Shown here one piece after another: positions 55,560 to 62,953 of a stretch of DNA of 64,000 nucleotides. The stretch's first letter is position 1, and every line of letters starts with the position of its first letter. The notes beneath the pieces were generated by a model. That model searched no databases. It had not been told where the DNA came from and saw only the letters and a program-made list of their open reading frames with translations. The DNA comes from Clostridia bacterium (GTDB lineage: Bacteria; Bacillota; Clostridia; Christensenellales; Borkfalkiaceae): NCBI GenBank assembly GCA_017408045.1, contig JAFQVL010000063.1, positions 5,568 to 69,567 on the forward strand. Direction: 5' to 3'. Made by a program: the position numbers and the translations under genes.

Positions 55560-57095
55560 ATGAGTAAAATTATGCGTTTTGTTTCCACGCGCAGCAAAGA
55601 AAAAGTATCGGGCGCAGAAGCGATTGTAAAAGGGCTCGCTTCTGACGGCGGTTTGTTCGTGCCCGAGAGCTTTCCAAAGGTGTCCGAGGAAGAACTATTG
55701 AAAATGGGCGAGATGAACTACCCCGAACGGGCGGCGTTCATTCTCGGGAAATACCTCGGCGCAGAGCTGGGGCAGGATTTCCTTTTGGAAACCTGCACGA
55801 AGGCGTATTCCGCGTTTGAAGGGGACGATCCCGTACCCCTCGTCAAAATTGACGACGGTTTTTATATCATGGAACTTTTCCACGGCCCTACCTGCGCGTT
55901 TAAGGATATGGCGCTGACCGTATTGCCTTACCTTTTGAAGCGCAGCTGTGAAAAGTTGGGGATTGACGACGAGATTTTAATTCTCACCGCGACCAGCGGC
56001 GACACGGGCAAAGCGGCGCTTGAGGGCTTCCGCGACGTGCCCGGCACGAAGGTATCGGTGTTCTATCCCGATGAAGGGGTTGCAAAAATGCAACGCCTGC
56101 AAATGTGCGTGCAGGACGGAAAAAACGTCTTTGTTGCGGCGGTTTCCGGCAATTTTGACGATTGCCAGCGCGCGGTGAAAAAGCTGTTTGGCGACGAGGA
56201 TTTCAATAAGGCTCTGCAAGAAAAAGGGGTGCGTGTTTCCAGCGCGAATTCCATCAACTTCGGACGGCTTGCGCCGCAGATTGCCTATTACTTCTCCGCA
56301 TACGTGGATTTGATTACGGGCGGCAAGGCGGATATGGGCGAACCCATTGACTTCGTCGTACCGACGGGCAATTTCGGGGATATTTTGGCGGGCTGGTATG
56401 CAAAGCAAATGGGCTTACCCGTAAGAAGATTGCTGTGCGCCTCCAACAAAAACAAGGTACTTGCCGACTTCTTTGCGACGGGAAAATACGACGTAAAACG
56501 CGATTTCCACCGTACCATGTCTCCGTCTATGGATATTTTGGTGTCTTCCAACCTTGAACGCTTACTGTTTGAAATCAGCGGTAGGAACGCGAAGTTGACC
56601 GCCGAAAGAATGAAGTCCTTACAGGAAAAGGGCGAGTATACGATCACGGCGGAAGAACTTGCAAAAATCAAAGAGGATTTCTACGGCGGCTTTGCCAGCG
56701 AGGACGACACCGTGGAGGCAATGTACGAAATCTTTGAGGAATACGGCTATGCGATGGATACGCACACCGGCGTTGCGCTGGCGGTGTATCTGGACGCTAT
56801 GGATAGACGGGATAGAAAGGACATTACGCAGACGGTGGTATTGTCTACGGCGAACCCCTACAAATTCCCGCAGGACGTTTTGTACGCCCTTTCGGGCAAC
56901 GACGTCAAGGACAGTTTTAAGGGGATTAAGCGTTTGAACCTCTTAACGGCAATGAAGCCGCCGAAGAGTTTGCTTGACCTTCGTTATCGTCCCTTGCGGT
57001 TTAAAAAGACCTACCCCAACGACCTCAAAAAGATGGCGGCGGCGGTGCTGGATTTTGTAGACGGTAATATCGTCCCTATACCAGATGAAAAGTAA
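55560..57095 (+). CDS. thrC: threonine synthase (long form)
   Basis: FHGPTCAFKDMAL (PLP lysine) and SGNFG motifs, 511 aa. Confidence 0.9.
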   Translation: MSKIMRFVSTRSKEKVSGAEAIVKGLASDGGLFVPESFPKVSEEELLKMGEMNYPERAAFILGKYLGAELGQDFLLETCTKAYSAFEGDDPVPLVKIDDGFYIMELFHGPTCAFKDMALTVLPYLLKRSCEKLGIDDEILILTATSGDTGKAALEGFRDVPGTKVSVFYPDEGVAKMQRLQMCVQDGKNVFVAAVSGNFDDCQRAVKKLFGDEDFNKALQEKGVRVSSANSINFGRLAPQIAYYFSAYVDLITGGKADMGEPIDFVVPTGNFGDILAGWYAKQMGLPVRRLLCASNKNKVLADFFATGKYDVKRDFHRTMSPSMDILVSSNLERLLFEISGRNAKLTAERMKSLQEKGEYTITAEELAKIKEDFYGGFASEDDTVEAMYEIFEEYGYAMDTHTGVALAVYLDAMDRRDRKDITQTVVLSTANPYKFPQDVLYALSGNDVKDSFKGIKRLNLLTAMKPPKSLLDLRYRPLRFKKTYPNDLKKMAAAVLDFVDGNIVPIPDEK

Positions 57096-57108
57096 ACACA
57101 AAAACAGA

Positions 57109-57141
57109 GAAAGCCACGGACAACCGTGGTTTTCTTTTTTT
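57109..57141 (+). terminator. intrinsic terminator after thrC
   Basis: Stem CCACGG-ACAA-CCGTGG extended by A/T pairs, then a T-run. Confidence 0.75.
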
Positions 57142-57240
57142 GTATGAAAGGTTTTGGAAAGGCGCAAACTACAAAAAGGCGGTTTGTGTGAAAAGAAGAT
57201 GATATTTTTCTGGATTTTCTACGAAAATCAAGTTTTCCGT

Positions 57241-57269
57241 TTGCCTTTTCCAGGTGGGCGTGTTATAAT
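57241..57269 (+). promoter_or_regulatory. sigma-A type promoter of the DUF5685 operon
   Basis: TTGCCT (57241-57246), a 17-bp spacer, then the extended -10 TGTTATAAT (57261-57269). A leader hairpin GAGCCAAA...TTTGGCTC follows. Confidence 0.5.
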
Positions 57270-57331
57270 GATACTGAGCCAAAGTACGCAAAAAGCAGGA
57301 TTTTTGGCTCTTCGTCAAAGGAGAACGCTTT

Positions 57332-58207
57332 ATGTTTGGATACGTCCGTCCGGATATGCCCTATTTATACCTCAAAGACCAGACCTTGTACGAGGCTCTG
57401 TATTGTGGTGTATGTAAGGGGATCGGTCGGGTCTGCGGACAGGTTGCGCGAATGGGTTTAACGTACGATATTGCCTTTCTTTCGGCGCTGCTGCATAATC
57501 TTTTGGGGCAGGACGTAAAGGTGGAAAAACAGCATTGTCTTACCCATTGTATTCGTACCAAGCAGATGGCGGAGGTAGACGAGCTGACGAAAAAGCTTGG
57601 GGCGCTGAACACCGAACTCGCCTACTATAAGTGTGTGGACGACATCGAGGACGGGGATAAGGGTGGCATCAAAAAGTTGGCGTTCAACCGAGGGCACAAA
57701 CGGGCGCAGAAAGCGTACCCGGAGCTTTGCGCCATTGTCCGCAAAGGGATAGAGGAGCAGGCTGTGGTGGAAAAGGCGGGTACGGATAGTATCGACCGAG
57801 CCGCAGACCCTTCCGCTACGATGATGGCAAGGCTGTCCGAATACTTTTTAGGGGACAGAAAAAGCGAGGATGCCTACGCTTTGTTTTACAGCGTTGGGAA
57901 GTGGGTGTACCTCATTGACGCGCTGGACGATTACGACAAGGACGTGAAAAAGAACGCTTACAACCCCTTTCGGCTTTGCTACGGCGCAGAGAGCAGGTGT
58001 GCTCTTATCGAGGCGCAAGCAGAGGAGCTGCATTTTATTTTCGGCACGCTATTTACGGATATACGGGAACGGTTGGCAAGGCTGCCAATGCACTTTAATC
58101 GGGATTTGGTGGACAATATCTTATTGCGCGGTTTACCTGCGGAAACGGCAAGGGTGATGCAAGGTGGCTGCAAGGATTGTGAAAAACACAAAAAAGAGGA
58201 TAGATAA
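57332..58207 (+). CDS. DUF5685-like protein
   Basis: N-terminus MFGYVRPDMPYLYLKDQTLYEALYCGVCKGIG....LTYDIAFLSALLH matches my recollection of the DUF5685 family signature. Confidence 0.6.
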   Translation: MFGYVRPDMPYLYLKDQTLYEALYCGVCKGIGRVCGQVARMGLTYDIAFLSALLHNLLGQDVKVEKQHCLTHCIRTKQMAEVDELTKKLGALNTELAYYKCVDDIEDGDKGGIKKLAFNRGHKRAQKAYPELCAIVRKGIEEQAVVEKAGTDSIDRAADPSATMMARLSEYFLGDRKSEDAYALFYSVGKWVYLIDALDDYDKDVKKNAYNPFRLCYGAESRCALIEAQAEELHFIFGTLFTDIRERLARLPMHFNRDLVDNILLRGLPAETARVMQGGCKDCEKHKKEDR

Positions 58208-58825
58208 ATGGATTTATATGCATTATTTGGGTTGACGGAAACGGCGACGGACGAGGAGCTTAATGCCGCATACGAGCGACTGCGTGAACAGTATCGTGAA
58301 GAACGCTGGCAGGACGGCGAGCCGGGTAACGAGGCGGCACGGAAGTTGACGGAGCTTGAAAACGCCTATAAAGAACTGACGGCAGAGAGAAAACGTCAGA
58401 GCAAAAACACCACGGGCGAAGCGGCGTTCGAGGAGATTTCCCGTTTGCTCAAAGAGGGGGATATCAACGGAGCGCAGGCGGTGTTGGACGAATTTAACGA
58501 ACGCAGCGCCGAATGGCATTATTTGCAAGCGGTTGTTTATTATAAAAAAGGCTGGATGAACGACAGTAAAAAACAGCTCGAAATCGCCATGCAGATGAAC
58601 CCCGACTGCAACAAGTACCGAGATGCCTACGGAAAATTGAACGCCAAAGCGGATTACGAGCAAAAACAGAGGGATGCGGCTGGCAATCAGCAAGCCCCTT
58701 ACAGCTCAATGCCCAGCGGGGAGATGCCGCAGATGGGCGGTATGGGTATGTGCGAACAATGCTGTTGCTGCTGCGGTGCCAATATGTGTATTAACAGCTG
58801 TTTGCGCGGCTGTATGTGTAGGTAA
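58208..58825 (+). CDS. J-domain-like / TPR-like protein with poly-Cys C-terminus
   Basis: N-terminus DLYALFGLTETATDEELNAAYERLREQY is J-domain-like but has no HPD tripeptide. C-terminus MCEQCCCCCGANMCINSCLRGCMCR has 10 Cys in 24 aa. The ATG overlaps the upstream stop (TAAATG). Confidence 0.6.
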   Translation: MDLYALFGLTETATDEELNAAYERLREQYREERWQDGEPGNEAARKLTELENAYKELTAERKRQSKNTTGEAAFEEISRLLKEGDINGAQAVLDEFNERSAEWHYLQAVVYYKKGWMNDSKKQLEIAMQMNPDCNKYRDAYGKLNAKADYEQKQRDAAGNQQAPYSSMPSGEMPQMGGMGMCEQCCCCCGANMCINSCLRGCMCR

Positions 58826-58830
58826 GCAAG

Positions 58831-59358
58831 GTGCGAAAAATTACCGCGCACGAGGTGGCTTTGGCAGGGGTAGCCACGGCGATAGCCACCCTATTTCTTG
58901 CCGTGGGCAATTTTACTTCCGTTTTGATGTTCGTTGGGTACATGGTTGCGTCTATTGCGCTTTCCTTGCCTCTTGCTAAAAAATCGTACATAGGGTACGC
59001 GCTTGCATACGTGGCAACGCTGCTGCTTACCGTTTTAATCATCGGCACGGCAGGGTATTTTATTGACCTGCTGCCCTTTATTTTGTTTTTTGGACTGCAT
59101 CCGCTGCTCAACGATTTGCAGGAAAGGTTGCAGGTGAAAAAGTGGTTGGCGTTCTTGATGAAATGCGTGTGGTTTGACGGGGCGATGCTACTGTTTTGGT
59201 GGTTAGTGGTGCAAACGACGGGCGTCAGTTGGTTGGATGCGTATGCTCTGCCGATTGTGCTTGTAGGCAGCACGCTGTACTTTGCGTTATACGATTACGC
59301 TTTTTATCGTTTGAATCAGCAAGTCTTTGCGCTGGTGTCGAGGATTTTAAAAAAGTGA
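58831..59358 (+). CDS. hypothetical polytopic membrane protein (175 aa)
   Basis: GTG start 5 nt after the preceding stop. Four to five hydrophobic helices. Confidence 0.5.
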   Translation: MRKITAHEVALAGVATAIATLFLAVGNFTSVLMFVGYMVASIALSLPLAKKSYIGYALAYVATLLLTVLIIGTAGYFIDLLPFILFFGLHPLLNDLQERLQVKKWLAFLMKCVWFDGAMLLFWWLVVQTTGVSWLDAYALPIVLVGSTLYFALYDYAFYRLNQQVFALVSRILKK

Positions 59359-59387
59359 AAAGCTTTCTCAAAAGGGGGAAAGATGAA

Positions 59388-60827
59388 ATGATAGAAAAGA
59401 ATACGATTATTACCGCCGTGACGAGCGCGATTGGGTCGAACGGGGAAGGCATCGTCAGGCACGAAGGGATTACCTTTTTCGTGCCTGCTTGTTTACCGGG
59501 TGAAAAGGTGCGCTTTCGGGTTTTGAAGGTCAAGGACGGTATCGGATATGGAAAAATAGAGGAGATTTTGACTCCTGCCGAAGAGCGTGTACGTGAAAAA
59601 TGTCCCGTATTTTTGCGTTGCGGCGGCTGCAAATTGCAGCATATGGAATACGGCACGCAGTTGTACTTTAAGCAGAATATCGTCAAGGACTGTTTGCGCA
59701 AAATCGGGGGCTTAAACGTCGAGGTAAAGCCGACGGTAAAAAGCGATTTGCCCTACGCCTATCGCAATAAGTTGCAGTTGCCGGTGGGGGTAGACAAAGA
59801 GGGAAATACCGTCATCGGGTTCTATGCCGAGCGCTCCCATCGTATCGTGCCGACGGATAGTTGCGCGATTCATCCAAAGTGGGCGGAAAAACTGATTGCT
59901 GTCATCAAACGCTACTGCGCGGAGTGGGGTGTCGAGGGGTACGATGAGGACAGAAAAACGGGTGTTTTGCGCCATATCGTAGCAAGGGAAATCGGTGAAA
60001 ACTTCTTAATCACGCTAGTGTGCACGCAAAAGAGCCTTCCGGCGCTGCCGCATCTTATCGAGCTGCTTTCGATGGTGTTTTCCGTTTTCTCGCTGTATAT
60101 CAACGTAAACGACAAGGATACCAACGTAATTCTTGGAAAAGAGTTTCATCTCGTACACGGTAGCCCCGTTTACGAGGCGCAGGAACAGGGGATTTTGTAC
60201 GAGGCAGGGCCTCAGACCTTTTTGCAGGTCAATGAAAACGTGCGCTCAAAACTATACAACGCCGCCCTCAAGTCGGTGATTGAAACGGGGGACGAAGTGG
60301 TGGTAGATGCCTATTCGGGCGGCGGCTTATTGACGGCGATGCTGGCAAAGCGCGCAAAGCGAGTGTATGGCATTGAGTTAGAGCCAGAGGCGGTGGCTTG
60401 CGCCAATTCGCTCAAGCAAAAGAACGGCTTAAAAAATATGACGAACATCTGCGGCTACGTAGAGGAAAAACTTGCGGCGGTACTGGAACAAGAGCGCGGC
60501 GAAAAGGTGCGCTTAATTCTCGATCCACCGAGAGCAGGAATACACCGCAGCGTATTAAAGGCGCTGCTGGAAAGTGGGATACCGTCGTTGACGATTATCT
60601 CGTGTAATCCGTCGACTTTGGCGCGGGATTTGGGGATTTTGACAGGCAGACTGATTGAAAAAGAGGGTTCAAACGGAGAGTTGATTAAAAACCCTGCTTA
60701 CGAGGGTTTAGCAGACGACGAAACTCTGCCTGGGTACTACGCTCCGACGAAGATTCAGCCGTATGATATGTTCCCCCAAACGAAACACGTAGAGACGCTG
60801 GTTTGCCTTGCGCGCAAGGCGGACTAA
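59388..60827 (+). CDS. rlmD: 23S rRNA (uracil-5-)-methyltransferase RlmD/RumA family
   Basis: I chose the start at ATG 59388, which has an AAGGGGG RBS. TRAM domain, a 4-Cys Fe-S cluster (CPVFLRCGGCKLQH), LDPPRAG, ISCNPSTLARD and the DMFPQTKHVE C-terminus. Confidence 0.88.
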   Translation: MIEKNTIITAVTSAIGSNGEGIVRHEGITFFVPACLPGEKVRFRVLKVKDGIGYGKIEEILTPAEERVREKCPVFLRCGGCKLQHMEYGTQLYFKQNIVKDCLRKIGGLNVEVKPTVKSDLPYAYRNKLQLPVGVDKEGNTVIGFYAERSHRIVPTDSCAIHPKWAEKLIAVIKRYCAEWGVEGYDEDRKTGVLRHIVAREIGENFLITLVCTQKSLPALPHLIELLSMVFSVFSLYINVNDKDTNVILGKEFHLVHGSPVYEAQEQGILYEAGPQTFLQVNENVRSKLYNAALKSVIETGDEVVVDAYSGGGLLTAMLAKRAKRVYGIELEPEAVACANSLKQKNGLKNMTNICGYVEEKLAAVLEQERGEKVRLILDPPRAGIHRSVLKALLESGIPSLTIISCNPSTLARDLGILTGRLIEKEGSNGELIKNPAYEGLADDETLPGYYAPTKIQPYDMFPQTKHVETLVCLARKAD

Positions 60828-60896
60828 AATATCTATCCGCCCCCTGCGGGAGTTTATTGACGCAAGGGCAGGATACATATTTTAGTGTTTTACACG

Positions 60897-61034
60897 GAAA
60901 ACAAAAACGAGCGTATCAAGTGTTTTAGTTCGCCGTCGGCGAGAGACGGACATACATTCCGCTTTGCGGGATATATGTTCCCCCAAACCAAACACGTGGA
61001 AAGTTTAGTTTGTCTGACGAAGCAGACAAACTAA
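60897..61034 (+). pseudogene. relic 3' fragment of a second rumA/rlmD-like gene; 60897-60995 is direct-repeat copy A
   Basis: In-frame reading gives ...ERIKCFSSPSARDGHTFRFAGYMFPQTKHVESLVCLTKQTN*. Compare the genuine RlmD end ...ISCNPSTLARD...YDMFPQTKHVETLVCLARKAD*. There is no upstream body. Confidence 0.7.
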
Positions 61035-61259
61035 AGCGATATAAATCCTCACGGATTTGCGATATTTGCCTTGTGGCAAGCGATATGCCTGCGGCGCGAT
61101 ATGCCGCGAACTGCGCGGCGTGAGGATTTATAGGTAGCGTGCTTTCCACCACGTTCGCCATAGGCGAACATATCGCTGTTTCGCAACACGAAACAATATC
61201 GCGCGCGCGGAGCGAGCATATCGCGCACCGAAGGTGCATATCGCGTGAGCGAAGCGAAC
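61004..61259. repeat. mirror array 2: 4 x GCGATAT, then 4 x ATATCGC, with ten different flush mini-hairpins
   Basis: GCGATAT at 61036, 61059, 61080 and 61096. ATATCGC at 61170, 61196, 61218 and 61238. Hairpins are 61004-61035 (13 bp), AAATCC-TCAC-GGATTT, TTGCC-TTGT-GGCAA, GCC-TGC-GGC, GCCGCG-AACTG-CGCGGC, TTCGCC-ATA-GGCGAA, TGTTTCG-CAACA-CGAAACA, GCgCGC-GGA-GCGaGC, GCACC-GAA-GGTGC and a partial one at 61245-61259. Confidence 0.9.
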
Positions 61260-61349
61260 TAAAATAGGACAAAAGTGATTTTTGAGCAAACCTCAAAACT
61301 CTTATTTACATCTGTTTGGTATAACATATCGAAAGAAAAGGAAGTGCAT

Positions 61350-62354
61350 ATGACATCTTTGCTGCTAAAAAATTTTAGAGACCTATACAATAAACACCAA
61401 TTTAGTGATAATCTTCCTAATTATTCTGTTTTGTGGCATTATACCAGTGTTAATGGGCTTATGGGTATTGTACAAAATGCAACTTCAGAGCATGGAAAAC
61501 TGCACTTTTGGTTTACTCGTAGTGATTGTCTAAATGACACCTCTGAGGGGATGCATGTTTTGGATTTATTTAAGAGAATATGTTGTGAATTGTTAAGTAA
61601 GGGACAAATAAGCAATGCTTTTTATGAATGTTTGAAACACATTGAAATACCAAATAGCCACTTCGTTAGTTTCCCTGTTCCTAGCGACGAAAAATATACA
61701 CATATGAGTGTTCTTGATTGTCCAGAGTGCGATGCCTATATTTGCAGTTTTTCATTAAAAGAAGATTCTTTGGATATGTGGCGATATTATTCCAAGGGAG
61801 ATGGGGGCTATGCGTTAAAACTTTATGCATTTATGTTCGATAAACATAAGGAGTATGAGTATTCTGACTATGATGAAAAAGCTGTTTTCAGCAACATTTC
61901 TTCATATAAAGTCATTTACGATGAAGCAACTAAACAAAACATGCTCGAAAATGTCATTTTGGATACTTTCAAAGTTTATGAACAGTTAATAGAAACAGAG
62001 CCAGACTGTGAAGAAAACGCAATGGGTTTTATCAAGCACGCATTAAAAATATTCCAATTTCAATTTAAACACGACTGTTACGCTTCGGAACAAGAATATC
62101 GCTTTGTTTTTTATCGTCCATGTAGCAAGCCCGAATTGTTACAAAACGAACTACCTGAAGTGAAATACAGATCACAGAACGGAGTAATTGTTCCGTATAT
62201 AGACCTCACCATAGAAAATGGCGCATCGTACTTATCAGAAGTTTTAATTAGTCCATTTATCAAGAGTAAAGTGGTTAAAAAAACAACACAAGAATATTTG
62301 TCTCAATGTGGTATTAACTGTGAAGTACGACACTCGGAATTGCCTGTTCGGTGA
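61350..62354 (+). CDS. DUF2971-like protein
   Basis: I chose the start at ATG 61350 (MTSLLLKNF...). LWHYTSVNGLMGIV...WFTRSDCLNDTSEG...EQEYRFVF resembles the DUF2971 pattern. The gene is markedly AT-rich. Confidence 0.55.
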   Translation: MTSLLLKNFRDLYNKHQFSDNLPNYSVLWHYTSVNGLMGIVQNATSEHGKLHFWFTRSDCLNDTSEGMHVLDLFKRICCELLSKGQISNAFYECLKHIEIPNSHFVSFPVPSDEKYTHMSVLDCPECDAYICSFSLKEDSLDMWRYYSKGDGGYALKLYAFMFDKHKEYEYSDYDEKAVFSNISSYKVIYDEATKQNMLENVILDTFKVYEQLIETEPDCEENAMGFIKHALKIFQFQFKHDCYASEQEYRFVFYRPCSKPELLQNELPEVKYRSQNGVIVPYIDLTIENGASYLSEVLISPFIKSKVVKKTTQEYLSQCGINCEVRHSELPVR

Positions 62355-62421
62355 GCAAATGTTAAAGAATAGCTAGGATTCCGTAAAATAAGTTGTTATT
62401 AGTGTTTAGGAGATAAATCAA

Positions 62422-62883
62422 ATGAAAAAGTTATTAGCTTTATGCTTGACAGTAGTTTTATGCTTATGCTGTCTTGCATCGTGCGGTATTACGGGATTTC
62501 GTTCTATAAGCTATCAGGATGCTGACACGGAAAGGTTATTAATGGACGGTTATGCACCAAAAAGGGCAAAGCCCGGCGATATCGTTGTGCTCCGCACAGG
62601 TCCTATTATGGACGCCAACCTCGATTTATACGCTAATGGTGTAAAGCTCGATAACACCCATAACGATTCTGATTATTGGGAATATATTTTTACAATGCCT
62701 GACGAGGATGTTGTAATAACGCATGACATAATCGGTGGATTTGGATATAAGGAGTGCGTTAACCACATTGACGAAAACAAAAACGAGCGTATCAAGTGTT
62801 TTAGTTCGCCGTCGGCGAGAGACGGACATACATTCCGCTTTGCGGGATATATGTTCCCCCAAACGAAACACTTGTTTTCATAA
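62422..62883 (+). CDS. small lipoprotein whose last about 36 codons derive from the rumA-relic repeat
   Basis: Signal peptide and lipobox MKKLLALCLTVVLCLCCLASCG. The C-terminus ...NKNERIKCFSSPSARDGHTFRFAGYMFPQTKHLFS* is encoded by repeat copy B (62773-62871). Confidence 0.6.
   Translation: MKKLLALCLTVVLCLCCLASCGITGFRSISYQDADTERLLMDGYAPKRAKPGDIVVLRTGPIMDANLDLYANGVKLDNTHNDSDYWEYIFTMPDEDVVITHDIIGGFGYKECVNHIDENKNERIKCFSSPSARDGHTFRFAGYMFPQTKHLFS
62773..62871 (+). repeat. 99-bp direct repeat copy B (98/99 identical to 60897-60995)
   Basis: Base-by-base comparison shows a single C/G difference (60989 vs 62865). The last 23 bp, ATATGTTCCCCCAAAC[G/C]AAACAC, also occur at 60766-60788 inside rlmD. Confidence 0.9.
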
Positions 62884-62953
62884 GATTGTGGGACAATTTA
62901 ATAGATAGGTCGATTTTAGCAAAAACACAAAGTAAGAACCAAGGAGGTAATAT

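Noticed and set aside
59196-59387. Upstream 64 codons of the rlmD track ORF overlapping the preceding membrane-protein gene
   Set aside because: This stretch overlaps the 3' end of the 58831-59358 CDS in another frame. An AAGGGGG RBS precedes the ATG at 59388, where the TRAM domain begins.
61177-61195. parS-like palindrome TGTTTCG-CAACA-CGAAACA
   Set aside because: The half-sites resemble Firmicute parS (TGTTNCACGTGAAACA). However, a 5-nt insertion and a changed core break the 16-bp palindrome. It is one of ten different hairpins in the array, so it is more likely coincidental.
60925-61296. 123-aa minus-strand ORF covering the rumA relic and mirror array 2
   Set aside because: It has no RBS and a composition driven by the GCGATAT/ATATCGC repeats and hairpins (repetitive AICS/RYAA-type strings). 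The region is better explained as non-coding structured DNA or RNA.
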